A stretch of 64,000 nt of DNA from Octopus vulgaris (GCA_951406725.2 OX597825.1:78182001-78246000); one strand, 5' to 3'. Counted from the first letter of the stretch, positions 42,027 to 57,506 are shown. Made by a program: numbers and translations. Notes: generated by a model not told the origin, from the letters alone.

Positions 42027-42327
42027 ATATATATGTATGAATATAAACAGTCATGCGCAATGTGATACTATAAAGGAAAACTTCAATCGTCTCTAAACGT
42101 GACTAAGGGTGTCAAGACACCTACATTGCTAGAAATAAGAGCTAAAATTCTTTAAATCGCAGGAAATGCAAAAATATATATATATATATAGGTGCAGGAG
42201 TGGCTGTATGGTAAGTAGCTTGCTTGCCAACCACATAGTTCCAGGTTCAATGTTACTGCGTGGCACCTCGGGCCCACCAAAGCCTTGTGAGTGGATTTGA
42301 TTGACGGAAACTGAAAAGAAGCCTGTC

Positions 42328-42365
<38 letters not shown>

Positions 42366-42369
<4 letters not shown>

Positions 42370-42885
42370 GACAAGGCGAAGTCTCAGACACAGTGGTCCT
42401 CTCTTGAGCGGATCTGCCAAGCATCTACACACTGCTGAGGAGAGCACAAGTCAGGTGGACAGGACTCCTTGTTCGAATGCCTGACACTTTTACAGCAAAC
42501 TGGCGGAAGACAAGCGCACCCAAGGTGCACAGTAAAAACATTTCAAGTATACACACTCAAAGTCTCACGGAATTGCTTTGAAATCACCTACAACACCTGG
42601 GGACGCAAGCACAAGACTGCCTTACCTGGTGAAACTGCACCACCTGAGATTCCACCTCCAACGAACAGAAAGGGATTGCAGGAGCACAAGGAGAACGCGA
42701 ACGACGGAAGTCCAGGGCCATGTCCTTTCCCTCATTCGCACAAGACGACCAGAGCCCGACCTGCGACAGAGCTTTTCCAGCATGTGCCGGACCTATCGGC
42801 CATAGCCAAATACAGCGTGACCCGTCTTCTTCCATGTGGTGTCCATGATCATCATGACAACGACGGACAAATTAATAATAATATG
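42366..42885 (+). mobile_element. Degenerate RTE-clade LINE 3' end
   Basis: Frameshifted remnants VSDTVVL..ADLPSIYTLLRRAQVRWTG, KRTQG..KHFK.TLKVS, ERERRKSRA and PTCDRAF (C2H2 remnant); tail catcatgacaacgacggacaa followed by (TAA)n. Confidence 0.75.
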
Positions 42886-43300
42886 TTTCTGTAAAATATT
42901 TTTGCCCAAGCAGTTTACTCCGAACTGTTGTTGCTGTTGTTGTTGTTGTGCTTTTTTAACCCGTAGTTTGCCCTTATCGTGCAGTCTTATGATCAAAGAC
43001 AGTCCAATGAGGACTATCGCGTCTGTGAAAATATGTTATCTGAAATATTCTTTACTTTTTCAAGATAGATAGATGGATAGGTAGGTAGATAGATACGTAG
43101 ATAGATAAATAGAGAAACAGACAGACAGACAGATAGATAGATAACAGTAACAACAATGATTTCGACGACAAGAATCTGTGCATTAAGGTCCAAATCAAAA
43201 AGGGTCAACAAAAACATCCATTTATACACAATACGCTATATGTATTTGTGTGTATGTGTGTATGTGTGCATATATACATATATATATATATAATATATAT

Positions 43301-43378
<78 letters not shown>

Positions 43379-43393
43379 CATACTTACTTCTAT

Positions 43394-43455
<62 letters not shown>

Positions 43456-43487
43456 TTGTATGTGTGTATTTATGCATGCATGTATAT

Positions 43488-43670
43488 AGCACAGGTGAAC
43501 TAACAACATGCGGGGAGTATTAGTTTGACGATCACGGAAAACGGAAGAAGTATTTGACGTTTCGAGTCAGCGCTCTTCTACAGATAGGAATGAGGAGAGA
43601 AAACGGACGGAGAGAGGGAACAAAATGGACAGGAAAAAGCTGTCTGAATTAACAGTTACACATGTTTAGT
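43488..43670 (-). mobile_element. Diverged Penelope-like remnant
   Basis: Minus strand CTGTAGA-A-GAGC-GCTG-ACTC-GAAA-CG-TC; flanks resemble the 15822 family. Confidence 0.45.
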
Positions 43671-43706
<36 letters not shown>

Positions 43707-43707
<1 letters not shown>

Positions 43708-43920
43708 TGATTGATTGATTGATTGATTCTAGTTTCAGCTTATGAGCTGTGGCCATGCTGGGGCACCGCCATTTGGTGTTGCTACTTGGTTTCACTTCAT
43801 GGGGGCTTTCTAGCAACTGCTATTTGGTGCATGAGAGAGTTCGATGCAGCTGCCCTCATCTGCCCCTCCTGCCGTGAAGTTGGTTCATCTGGGACACCTG
43901 ACAGGAAGAGATCCAGCTTC
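43707..43920 (-). mobile_element. 3' end of related CR1/L2-group LINE within (TA)n
   Basis: Minus strand [32 protein letters not shown], then ggcggtgccccagcatggccacagctcataagctgaaac and an (AATC)n tail. Confidence 0.8.
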
Positions 43921-43931
43921 ATATATATATG

Positions 43932-44004
<73 letters not shown>

Positions 44005-44136
44005 TCTTTTATTCTTTTACAATTTTACTTGTTTCAGTCACTTGACTGCGACCGTGCTGGAGCACCGCTTAAAAACGTTTGTATGGATACTTGCATATAT
44101 ATATGTATGTATGTATATATATATATATATATATAT

Positions 44137-44311
44137 AGGGAGAGTTGACGAAAAAAACAAAAGACGAAGACAGGTGGTGTACAAAACAAACAGATGTATT
44201 AGTATAACGCTCAGGAATAGAAAAAGTCTTTTACGTTTCGAGCGTACGTTCTTCTGCAGAAAGGGACACAGGAAAAACAAGGAGAGAAAAAAAGCTGTGT
44301 AGTGGCTAACG

Positions 44312-44313
<2 letters not shown>
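44137..44313 (-). mobile_element. Penelope-like remnant with hammerhead-like motif, flanked by (TA)n
   Basis: Near-identical to 15822-16007; minus strand CTTT-CTGCAGA-A-GAAC-GTAC-GCTC-GAAA-CG-TA-AAAG. Confidence 0.6.
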
Positions 44314-44402
<89 letters not shown>

Positions 44403-44405
<3 letters not shown>

Positions 44406-44786
44406 AGACGCAATGGCCCAGTGGTTAGGGCAGCGGACTCGCGGTCATAGGTTCACGGTTTCGATTCCCAGACCGGGTGTTGTGAATGTTTATTGAGCGA
44501 AAACACCTAAAGCTCCACGAGGCTCCGGCAGGGGATGGTGGTGATCCCTGCTGTACTCTTTCACCACAACTTTCTCTCACTCTTACTTCCTGTTTCTGTT
44601 GTACCTGTATTTCAAAGGGCCGGCCTTGTCACTCTGTGTGTCACGCTGAATATCCCCGAGAACTACGTTAAGGGTACACGTGTCTGTGGAGTGCTCAGCC
44701 ACTTACACGTTAATTTCACGAGCAGGCTGTTCCGTTGATTCGGATCAACCGGAACCCTCATCGTCGTAACCGACGGAGTGCTTCCA
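44403..44786 (+). mobile_element. SINE family C (tRNA-Arg-like head; candidate octopus OR-type SINE)
   Basis: ggagacgcaatggcccagtggttagggcagcggacTCGcggtc...gtttcgattccc head. Its body gagaactacgttaagggtac...aatttcacgagcaggctgttcc recurs at about 12100-12270(-), 12345-12490(+) and 46285-46450(-). Confidence 0.8.
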
Positions 44787-44791
44787 CACAT

Positions 44792-44909
<118 letters not shown>

Positions 44910-45341
44910 TTACACGCGCACACACATCTTTTCATTTCTATATGGTTTACCTTCTAAATTATGTCATACCAGCTCTCATTACTGCTATCTTATATAATTC
45001 CCTGACTCGATTTTTTCATTTCTTTCCTTATTTATTTATTTTACCAATTTCTGATATTCTGCTCCGTCAAAAATAAAACAGACAACATATCATTATTTTA
45101 CAAAAATATATTTTTAAGAAGGTTTCCATGGAAACAGTTTTCACGATCTGTGTGTGTGGAAGAGCTGCTTCAAGAGTCACTTACCAAACTTTAAAACATT
45201 CCTGGGAAAATATGGCGAAATTCCATACTTTAAAACTGTTTAAAGAGTTTACACCTGCCGCAGTGATGTAAAAATATCGCTTGTTCAATCTGATAGTGAT
45301 AATAGGTTTTTTAATGTGCCTGTATATATTATGTATGTATG

Positions 45342-45406
<65 letters not shown>

Positions 45407-45682
45407 TTCTTTGTGTGTTGTGCGTTTCTTTGTGTAGGGAGTGTATGTGTATTTTAGTATCTGCCTGTTTAAGTGTGTATACGATCTATATATGTATATT
45501 TTCACACCTTGGCGCCTTGTGTAAATATATATAAATATTTGTAGATATATATGGCGCGTGCTGTTTTAAAAAAAAGTGCGTGCGCGCGCGTCTGTCTGTT
45601 CGCGGCATACGGTTAAGAACATATTCATCCACGTGTACCCACAAATATACAGACACATAGACACACACACACACACACACAG

Positions 45683-45758
<76 letters not shown>

Positions 45759-45759
<1 letters not shown>

Positions 45760-46135
45760 GGTGCAGGAGTGCTCATGTGGTAAGAAGGTTGCTCCCCAAC
45801 CACATAGATCCGGGTTCAGTTCCACTGTGTGGCCCCTTGGGCAAATGTCTTCTACTATAGCCGAGGGCTGACCAAAGCCTTGTGAGTAGACTTGGTCGAA
45901 GGAAACCTGGATGAAGCCCGTCCTAGATGTGCGTGTGTGTGTGTGTGTTTATATGTATGCATCGCTTGACAGCCGATGTTGGTGTGTTTACGTCCCCGTA
46001 ACTTAGCGGTTCAGCAAAAGACACAGACAGAATAAATACTAGAATTATAAAGAATTTGTAATGTATTGTCCGACTAAAGGCGGTGCTCCAGCATGGCCGC
46101 AGTCAAATAACTGAGACAAATAAAAGAATAAAAGA
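45759..46135 (+). mobile_element. SINE family A
   Basis: Same motifs as 12541-12948. Confidence 0.85.
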
Positions 46136-46913
46136 ATATACATACATACATACATATAGACATATATATAGAGAGAGGTGGGAGGGAGAGAGAGAGAAAG
46201 AAACAGACAGACAGACAGACAGAAAAGGGAAGGAGTAGATTATGCTATATTATTATAGCTGAAAAGCTAGACCAAAAAGACTCCGTCGGTTATGTCGACA
46301 AGGGTTCCAGTCCAACGGAACAGCCTACTCATGAAATTAACATGCAAGTGGCTGAGTACTCCACAGACATGTGTACCCTTAACGTAGTTCCCAGCGAGAT
46401 TCAGCATACCATGGAATATGACAAAGCCGGCTCCTTTGAATTACAGGTAATTTTTACCGGCTGGATAAACTGAAACAAAGTGAAATAGAGTGTCACAACG
46501 CGCGGCCAGGAATCGAACTTGCGATCGTACGACCGTGAGCTGACTACTCTTAGCACTAAATCACGAGCCTTCACATGTCTGAAAACTTACGTCAGCGGTT
46601 TTATGAAAGGAAATTTAGCGTGGAATCATTTGACAAACTGCTGATAAGTGTTTTAAGTACGGAATTTAGACAGCACAGTTTTCGTATCTTGCAGTGTGTT
46701 TAATCCATGATCAATGACCTGGTTATTATCTCTGATAATCGCACCACGGATGGGATTCCAAAATACATGACTGTCTTTTCCAATCGGTCTTACCGAAACT
46801 GTTGTCATGGTTTAGTCACCCGCTTGATAGTGCAAACCTATGATCAAAGACGATAGATAGATTGATAGATAGATAGGTAGATAGATAGAGAGAGAGAGAG
46901 ATAGATAGGTAGG

Positions 46914-46957
<44 letters not shown>

Positions 46958-47089
46958 GACATATACGAATATATACACATGTATATATATATATATATAT
47001 ATGTATTCGCACATACATATATACATACAAATGCACACACATACATACACATATACATATACATATATATAAATATATATATATATATA

Positions 47090-47587
<498 letters not shown>

Positions 47588-48120
47588 TCATAGACACAAC
47601 ACATGTTTTTATGTGCCACTAATAGCTTCATATATTGAGCAATACCTCAAACGTGTTCATCAGACACAAGCCACTTGTCATAACGGACTAAAAACTGAAT
47701 GAGCGAAGAAACGCAAAAAGTTGAGAAGGGACATATGGATAACGTGGAAGGTTAAAAAATGGAAAAGGAAAAAATTAAAAAGTAGAAGCTAAAAGCGGGA
47801 AAAGAGTCATCCTCCTCAGACCTTAAACTACAAGGCTGAAAAGTATAAACAAGTTATTCAAGTATAAGCTAAATTTTCCAAATCTTCAAAATGTACTTAG
47901 ACATATGTTTACAACCGCAGAAAATTTCAGACCTGGAGTTCAGTGTTGAGTTATATATCAGAAACTAAAATAGGCAGATAAACACAGGTGGGCTTGATGA
48001 TTCTATTTACATTGAATACTAAATGCAAACATAAAGAATGGGAAATAAACAAATGAAATTACGTAATTGTCTTATCTTGACAGCTGTTTCGAGTAAGTCA
48101 TAGCATATGTCATAGCCATG

Positions 48121-48362
48121 TTTATTTACTCTTTTACTCTTTTACTTGTTTCAGTCATTTGACTGTGGCCATGTGGCCTTAAAGGCTTTTAGTTGAAGAA
48201 ATAGACCCCAAGACTTATTCTTTGTAAGACTAGTACTTATTCTATCGGTCTCTTTTGCCGAACCGCTAAGTTACGGGGACAATAATTCACCCGCATTGGT
48301 TGTCAAGCGATGGCGGGGGTACAAAGACAGACAGACAGACACACACACACACACACACACAC

Positions 48363-48439
<77 letters not shown>

Positions 48440-48481
48440 GTATATATACGTATAGTATTATTGGACGCTGAAAGAAGCCTC

Positions 48482-48515
<34 letters not shown>

Positions 48516-48678
48516 GACGGGCTTCTTTCAGTTTCCGTCTGCTAAATCTGTTCACAAGGCTTTGGTCGGCCACCGGCTATAGTAGGAGATACTTGCACAA
48601 GGTGACACGCAGTGGGAATGAACTTCGGAGCCATGTCCTTGGGAAGCAAGCTTCTTACCACATAGCCACGCCTGTGCC
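48121..48678 (-). mobile_element. SINE family A with expanded internal (TA)n
   Basis: Reverse complement of the family consensus. Confidence 0.85.
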
Positions 48679-49008
48679 TATTATACAATAAATAAACTTA
48701 TATAACTATATTATCCAATGTGTCCGGGTTTTATTTTGTGTGTTAGGTTTTTCTCTTTTGGCATGGTTGGAACGGAAGTGTGTATTTTTCAGAGATTTGG
48801 TTGCTATTTCAAGAAGGCCATGCAATATACACACAACCGTTCTTATATAGACAAACTCTCTCTCCAACTCCTTCTCCCTCTTTCCTTCTCTCTCTCTGTT
48901 TCCTCACCCCACACACACACACACTCACACATTTACATGCATAAGCTTTTAGCCATACACACGATGATACAAACATACATACGCACAGACTACAAGACAC
49001 ACACACAT

Positions 49009-49039
<31 letters not shown>

Positions 49040-49743
49040 CACGCACAGCCGCAAACGCTCACACGGACACCTACACACATACAGACCTATGTACACAAAC
49101 AGTCAGACGCTTGTATCACACGCGTGCACACGCATACACACACACACAGTCACGTGTAGACTTCCACACAGATACAAAGAAGCATGGAAGTAAGTACATA
49201 CATATATACACACAACTACATACACACATATCAACAGAACTACACACACGCACAAACACAGCTGCACACACACACTCACACACACACACTACTACAGACA
49301 CAAAACTACACATACACAGACACACAGCTACATACACACGCACACATGTGTGTGTGTGAGAGAGAGTGAGGGAGAGGGAGAGACAGTGGGACAGAGAGAA
49401 GGAAAGACAAGGGGACAGAAAGAAGGAGAGATAGGGGGACAGAGAGGGAGGGAGAGAGAGGGGGAGAGAGCGGGAGTGAGAGGGAGAGAGAGAGATTGGG
49501 AGAGAGAGTGAGAGGGTGACATAGGGGCCCAGACGTAGCCAACACATATTTCCTGTGTATAAGTTCCAATGGCAGACATTTTTAACACAATCATTAGCGA
49601 CTGTTAAAAGACGAAACGTCATCAATACGTCATCATTCGGAATAGACTCACTTCATTAAACTTATTGATTATAACCAATCGATATACCATCACAGATGCA
49701 TGCAAACACACACACACTTGTATGTATACATGTATATGAGTAT

Positions 49744-49780
<37 letters not shown>

Positions 49781-49811
49781 TATGAATCTATGTACAACAC
49801 ATATGTATGCA

Positions 49812-49904
<93 letters not shown>

Positions 49905-50016
49905 TATATATGAATGTATGTATGTATACACACACACATATAGATATGTACATGTATATAGGTATAAATATATATACATACATATGTGTGTGTGTTAATG
50001 TATGTAGCATACACAT

Positions 50017-50068
<52 letters not shown>

Positions 50069-50120
50069 ATGCATGTATGTATGCACGTATGTATGTACCT
50101 ACGTATACATGCATGGATGC

Positions 50121-50153
<33 letters not shown>

Positions 50154-50378
50154 TGTATGTATGCGCGCGCACACGCACGCACACACATACATATACACAC
50201 CTTCTATCATCTCACGAAAAAGACCATTTCGTTATTCATTAGGTTTTTTATATTTCTTATATATTTTTATTTATTTATTTTTGCCTCCCTTTTTTTTTTT
50301 CTGGATAATTAATAGTTTTATTAATCTGTTTGATCTTAATTCATCTGTATTCTGTTACTTCTCTTATCAGCTACCATA

Positions 50379-50381
<3 letters not shown>

Positions 50382-50432
<51 letters not shown>

Positions 50433-50815
50433 TTTTCCCTTTCTCTCTTTCCCTCTCACTCTCTCACTCTCTCTCTCGCTTTCTCCTCTCTCTTTAAATT
50501 TTTTCTTTCTCTCACTCCCTCGCACACTACTCTCTGTCTCTCTCTTGCGTACTGCTCTCTCTCTCTCTCTCTCTTTCCCACTGGTCTCTTTCTTTCTCTC
50601 TCTCTCTCTCTCTCTTTCCCACTGGTCTCTTTCTTTCTCTCTCTCTCTCTCTCTTTCCCACTGGTCTCTTTCTTTATCTCTCTCTCTCTTTCCCACTGCT
50701 CTCTTTCTTTCTCTCTCTCTCTCTCTCTCTTTCCCACTGCTCTCTTTCTTTCTCTCTCTCTCTCTCACTCTGCTCTCTTTCTTTCTCCCTCTCTCTCTCT
50801 CTCTCTTACTCTCTT
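50382..50815. repeat. (CT)n tract with higher-order ~40-bp unit (ttcccactg(g/c)tctctttc...)
   Basis: The unit recurs 5 times between 50575 and 50750. Confidence 0.85.
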
Positions 50816-51036
50816 ACAAACCTCACTCTTTCACTCATATATACATGTATGTATATATATTTATACATATAGTTATACACACACACACACACACATCTAC
50901 GCACGCACACACTCACATACACGTACACACACACACACACACACACACACGCATAGACATATCTCCGACTAGTAGAGACCATCTGATATCTTATGGACAT
51001 ATCAACAGTTTACATTGATGCTATTATTGCTGCTAC

Positions 51037-51077
<41 letters not shown>

Positions 51078-51123
51078 ATGGTGTTGCTGCAGATGGTGCT
51101 GCTGGTGCTGTTGTTGTTGCTGT

Positions 51124-51154
<31 letters not shown>

Positions 51155-51698
51155 GGTAGTAGTAGTAGTAGGTGGTGGTGGTGGTGGTGGTGGTGGCTGT
51201 TGTTGTTAGTACTGTTGTCATTTAACCTTGTGGATGTTATTGCTGTTGATGTCGTGAAGGTGGCGAGCTGGCAGAAACGTTAGCACCCCGGGCGAAATGC
51301 CGAGCGGTATTTCGTCTGCCGTTACGTTCTGAGTTCAAATTCCGCCGAGGTCGACTTTGCCAGCTCGCCGCCTACCTTCATAAAATATTGTCAATGTAAT
51401 CCCCCAAATATTTTAATCCGTAAATAATGTCAAAATACATAACAGCAAACTCCTTTTATTGTCATCTTAATATCAGACTATCACCTTATAATTAAATTAC
51501 TCTTAAAGAAAACTTCATTTACTTATGTCTTGATAGACATTTTCTAGAACAATACTCTGTGAAAAACCAAATATGATACAGGGCACCCTAGTCATAACAC
51601 CAACTTGAACTTCTTATTTGTTGTCTCGTAAAGTTTCTGGGCTAGACCTGGAGTTAACTTTACAAGCAGAAAACAAAAGCCAATACTACTACTACTAC

Positions 51699-51743
<45 letters not shown>

Positions 51744-51747
<4 letters not shown>

Positions 51748-52076
51748 AGGCTGAAGAGGAGGGGACCCCCTTCGGTCATGAATGACCATGGGATCATGGG
51801 ACCATGGGATTGCACCTAGAAAGTTACCCTCCCAGGCACAAGTCTGGGCAAGGTTGTTTGTCGAAGGCCAGTAGTCGCCCATGCACACCGACCAGTGTTA
51901 CCCAAGGGAAAGGTAAAGTGACCGATACAGCTTGCCACCAGTGATGCCGCAACTCATTTCTACAGCTGATTTAACTGGAGCAACGTGAACACAACACGCA
52001 GCCCGGTCCGGGAATCGAACTCACAACCTCACGATCATAAGCTCAACGTTCTAATCACTGAGCGATGCGCCTTCAC
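51744..52076 (-). mobile_element. SINE family D (tRNA-derived) between (TAA)n tracts
   Basis: Minus-strand head gaaggcgcatcgctcagtgattagaacg...gagttcgattcccggaccgggc with A/B boxes and a distinct body. Confidence 0.65.
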
Positions 52077-52085
52077 AATAAAAAC

Positions 52086-52173
<88 letters not shown>

Positions 52174-52929
52174 CAGAGGGATTTTTAATTACAGCACAAG
52201 ACCAAAGCCTCCCCACCAGAAATTACCAAAAACATGTAATGAAAAGAAATATTACAAGTAACTGCAGAATATGTGGAGATGGACAAGAAACAATAAATCA
52301 TATTATCTCTAGCTGCCCAGTCCTGGCTAAGAAGGAATATATTCACAGACATGACAGAGTTGGAACCTACATACATTGGAAGCTATGCCAACATTATGGA
52401 ATAACAACAGAAAAAAGATGGTATAGGCACACACCAGAAAAGGTCACAGAAAACGAGAAAGCAACCATACTCTGGGATATGCCGATACACACAGATAGAG
52501 AAATTAAGGCCAACAGACCAGATATAGTTGTCAGAGATCATGAAGAAAAAAATGCTTTCTAATTGATGTATCAATACCGGCAGATGACAACGTGTCTCTC
52601 AAAGAAATGGAGAAACTCTCAAAATACAAAGACCTGGAAATAGAGGTAACTAGAATGTGGAATCTGAAAACAGAAACAATTCCTATCATAGTAGGTGCAT
52701 TAGGCATGATAAAAAAATATTCAGACAAATACATAACAAAAACACCAGGACTTACAAACACATATAACATACAGAAAATTGCACTACTAGGCACTGCACA
52801 CATCCTACGCAGAACACTTTCCATACAATAACCATCAGAGCATCACAACAAATCACAGCACATACCCAAGGCACACAGAGCTGCGCTCGGTAGTGAAGTG
52901 AAAGCACGCTATAAAAATAAAACTACTGA
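52174..52929 (+). mobile_element. 5'-truncated R4/Dong-like non-LTR retrotransposon (CCHC finger plus restriction-like endonuclease) in (TAA)n
   Basis: EGFLITAQDQSLPTRNY, CRICGDGQETINHIISSC (CCHC), RHD, RPDIVV...CFLIDVSIP...KLSKYKDL (PD..D/K nuclease) and IQKIALLGTAHILRRTL. One frameshift in an A run near 52550. (TAA)n on both sides. Confidence 0.9.
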
Positions 52930-53284
<355 letters not shown>

Positions 53285-53887
53285 GAGGGACACAAAATTG
53301 ACTGTCATCTTCATGTTTTTCTTCTCGAATCGGTTATCTATTCTCCATTCTTCATTTCAATCACTGATCACAGTTAGATAATAATGTTTGATTGATCGAT
53401 ACATCATTTATATTTCTTTTATTTTATTATTGTTATTTTATTTACATTTATTTTTTCTTTGCTCGGTGATTTTTTTTTTAATATTTGATCAAGTAGTGAA
53501 AGAAAGCATGTAAAACGGATATTAGATATGAGCTATCGATTACCTAGTTATCGGTGATAATCTATTGATCAATTATAGGCAATTAGTGAGCTGCAGTTAT
53601 TTATTAGATAAATATCTCAGCATGGTATTTGATAGAGTAAGAAGTTCTGTTTACAGTCAAAAGGAAATTGAGTTACTTGTTTTAGAATAACGCTGTTCAT
53701 TGGTTTATATACACAAACACACGATTGTCAATTTATATTGCTACGCAGCCTCATATTTAGATAAGCATAAAGAAATTAAAAAGCTAAATTTGCATGGGGA
53801 AAATTATCTCATATCGAAATAGAAACACCACTCCGAATTTAAATGATCGAGTGAACTGAAATCTCGACAGCTATGCGACCAGTACCT

Positions 53888-54245
53888 ATTTCTTTATTGC
53901 CCACAAGGGGCTTAACACAGAGAGGACAAACAAGGACAGACAAACGGATTAAGTCGATTATATCGACCCCGAAAGGATGAAAGGCAAAGTCGACCTCGGC
54001 GGAACTTGAACTCAGAACGTAGCGGCAGACGAAATACCTATTTCTTTACTACCCACAAGGGGCTGAACACAGAGAGGACAAACAAAGACAGACAAACGGA
54101 TTTCGACCCCAGTCGATTATATCGACCCCGAAAGGATGAAAGGCAAAGTCGACCTCGGCGGAATTTGAACTCAGAACGTAACGGCAGACGAAATACCGCT
54201 AAGTATTTCGCCCGGCGTGCTAACGTTTCTGCCAGCTCACCGCCT
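53888..54245 (-). mobile_element. Nested/tandem SINE B pair
   Basis: Two tail-plus-body units followed by one head. Confidence 0.8.
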
Positions 54246-54257
54246 TTACTATGTGAA

Positions 54258-54446
54258 TAGTAGCGGATTTACCATTGTGCTTAGGTGTGCTTAAGCACAG
54301 GATTCCGTTGACCAAGGGGGCCCATCTTCCTGCCTCCCAAATTTTAACCACTCCTAAATTTCCTGAGCATGTATGCCTGACTGTCCAAGTAAGGAGTCTC
54401 GTAACTTAACTAGCATAGGACCTTATTTGTCCTGAATCCGGCGCTG
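54258..54446. mobile_element. Possible degenerate hAT-type MITE
   Basis: Ends tagtagcggattt and gaatccggcgctg are imperfect inverted repeats, with an internal gggggccc motif. Confidence 0.35.
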
Positions 54447-54884
54447 CGTGTGACCCAAAATTTAGACTTAAAGAGTACAAGTATCAAAGTACAGTTGAAG
54501 ACAATGAATATATTTTGCTAGTATTTAAGAAAATCACCTAATTCAAAGAGTCACGTCCCAAATTTAAACTTGAAAAGACACGAGGACACTATTCTTTTCT
54601 ACTCTAGGCACAAGGCCCGAAATTTTGGGGGAAGGAGCCAATCGATAAGATTGATCCCAGTACGTAACTGGTACTTAATATATCAACCCCGAAAGGATGA
54701 AAGGCAAAGTCTACCTCAGCGGAGTTTGAACTCAGAACGTAAAGACAGACGAAATACTGCTAAGTATTTCGCCCGGCATGCTAACGTTTCTTATTTCTTT
54801 ATTGCCCACAAGGGGCTAAACATAGAGGGGACAAACAAGGACAGACAAAGGAATTAAGTCGGTTACATCTATGTTTGTGTGTGA

Positions 54885-54949
<65 letters not shown>

Positions 54950-55405
54950 TATGCTTGTGTGTGTGCGAGTGTGGCGCTTGCTTGTGTGTATGTGTGTGTT
55001 TGCACGCGTGATTGTGTGTATGTGTGCTTGTGTGAGTGTGTATTTGTGTGTGTTCTCGCGCGTGCTTGTGTGTGTGTGTGTGTGCTTGCATGTGTATGTC
55101 TGTGTGTGTACACGCCCGTGCTTGTGTGTGTGAGTGTGTATGTGTGTGAGTGTGTGTGTGCGCGCAGGTGTGTGTGTGTGTGTGCGCGCAGGTGTGTGTG
55201 TGTGTGTAAGTTTCTACCGATGGTTAGCAAGTCGGACGGGATGCTGCAGAAGAAGATCCATCAATATGGCTGACAACACGTTTATAATAATGCACCATTA
55301 CGAGGTTTTCCAGCACAACACAAAACGACACAAAGGCTGATTCGCTGATAACGCAGCCAGCATATACAGAGTTACAGACGAAAATGAGAAATTTAATTAC
55401 AAAAC

Positions 55406-55905
55406 CAGTGGTTCGCAGTCGGAGTCCATATAAGATTTGGGAGGGATCCACGTAACAAAATAGCAAATTGGGGATCCACAATAATATTTTAATGGCCCTT
55501 AAAAATTTTTTTTTCATAATTTTTACATAGTTCAACCTACACAAGTTGATGTGTGAAAAGCAAAATAGGAATTTTGAAAGAAGATTTTATAAAACTAGTT
55601 TTTAAGCACTGAATGGCTATGGGGTCCCAGCAGAATAAAATAGTAATTAAAGGGGTCCATAGATAAAAATGGCTGAGAACCCTTGCTTTAGATGTATGTA
55701 TTGGTATGCATTGCAAGAAACCGTAAGGTTTTTTTTCTCTATCATTTTACATAGCTCAACCTTCACAAGTCAATGTGTGAAAAACAAAATAGGAATTTTG
55801 AAAGAAGTTTCTATGAAACTAGTTTATTAACATCGAATGGCTATGGAAGTCCACCAGGATAAAATAGTAAACGCAAGGGTCCATAAGAAATGGTTGAGAA
55901 CCCTG
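55406..55905. mobile_element. hAT (Charlie-like) MITE plus tandem partial second copy
   Basis: cagtggttcgca...ggctgagaacccttg (55406-55685). About 180 bp of its 3' part is repeated at 55728-55905, ending ggttgagaaccctg. Confidence 0.65.
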
Positions 55906-56436
55906 CTGTAAACGCATCAGATACGAGACTTCCCGGGCTTCCATAGATGTGAAACTCTTTCCCGATTATTTTTTAACCACCGAAGTAACTTGGGGTTTAT
56001 GGAAGGAAAGCTTTATCTTACTCAGAACAGATGAAACAAGGTCAACCTAAAAGTCTGCAAACGGGACTAGACATAAAGGACAAACTTATGAAAATGATTT
56101 GGACAGGCAAAAGGTTCAAATATAAACCAGAACTTATGACGGAATTAGATAAAGTACTTTAGTCTTAAACTAGGAATAGTTACTGTGAAGCGAAAATCGC
56201 TTAGAATAAAGGGGAAATTTTTCAAATACGGTCATGAGAGTAACTGTGTCTGTAGTAACGAGGTTAAGAATTTTCAGGGAAGGAGGTATTAGTCTAAAAC
56301 ATTGACTCAGTTACTAGACTTATACATACTCATAGATTATTCAATTTGTAATTGGTAACAGTTACAAAGTGATTCAAAGGCCGAAAGTTTCGTGAACGGC
56401 ATTTACCAATATACATATCATATCATATCATATCAT

Positions 56437-56525
<89 letters not shown>

Positions 56526-56541
56526 TATATCATATAATAAC

Positions 56542-56598
<57 letters not shown>

Positions 56599-56709
56599 GC
56601 ATGTATGTATGTATGTGTGTGTGTGTGTGTGTACTAATGTTTTGAGTTCTATTTTCTTGTTTCTACACCCAAACCGACGTATCTGTACATTCACACCCAA
56701 ACACTAACT

Positions 56710-56796
<87 letters not shown>

Positions 56797-56869
56797 CATA
56801 TATATATATACACACACACATATATATATATATATGAATATACATATATGAATATACATATTGTGTGCG

Positions 56870-56943
<74 letters not shown>

Positions 56944-57142
56944 TATTCGTATATGTTTATATACACGCACACATTCACATACATTCACACCCATTCACAC
57001 CCATGCTCTACACCGAACAGCTATCTATGTTATGAGCTTCCCCGCTGTTGTTAATCCATTCGCCTTTCAATATCCAGTTCTCATATTCTTCAGATATTGC
57101 TCGTCTCATATTTGTTATCCCATTATCCAAATATTTGATACC

Positions 57143-57189
<47 letters not shown>

Positions 57190-57260
57190 ACAAACACACA
57201 CACAAACACACACAAACACACACACAAACACACACACTCACAAACACGCAAACACATTCA

Positions 57261-57362
<102 letters not shown>

Positions 57363-57470
57363 CTTGTATATATGCTTACATACATACGCATTTATCTATA
57401 CTTTCTCCTCATTTTATTATATCTCTCCTCAATTCCATTCACTGACAATCATTCATGCACACTTGAAAAT

Positions 57471-57506
<36 letters not shown>

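Noticed and set aside
46640-46800. Minus-strand SVRPIGKDS resembling the exon 2 RPV motif
   Set aside because: It lacks the downstream L.L.QLIDV motif and a suitable donor, and the frame hits a stop.
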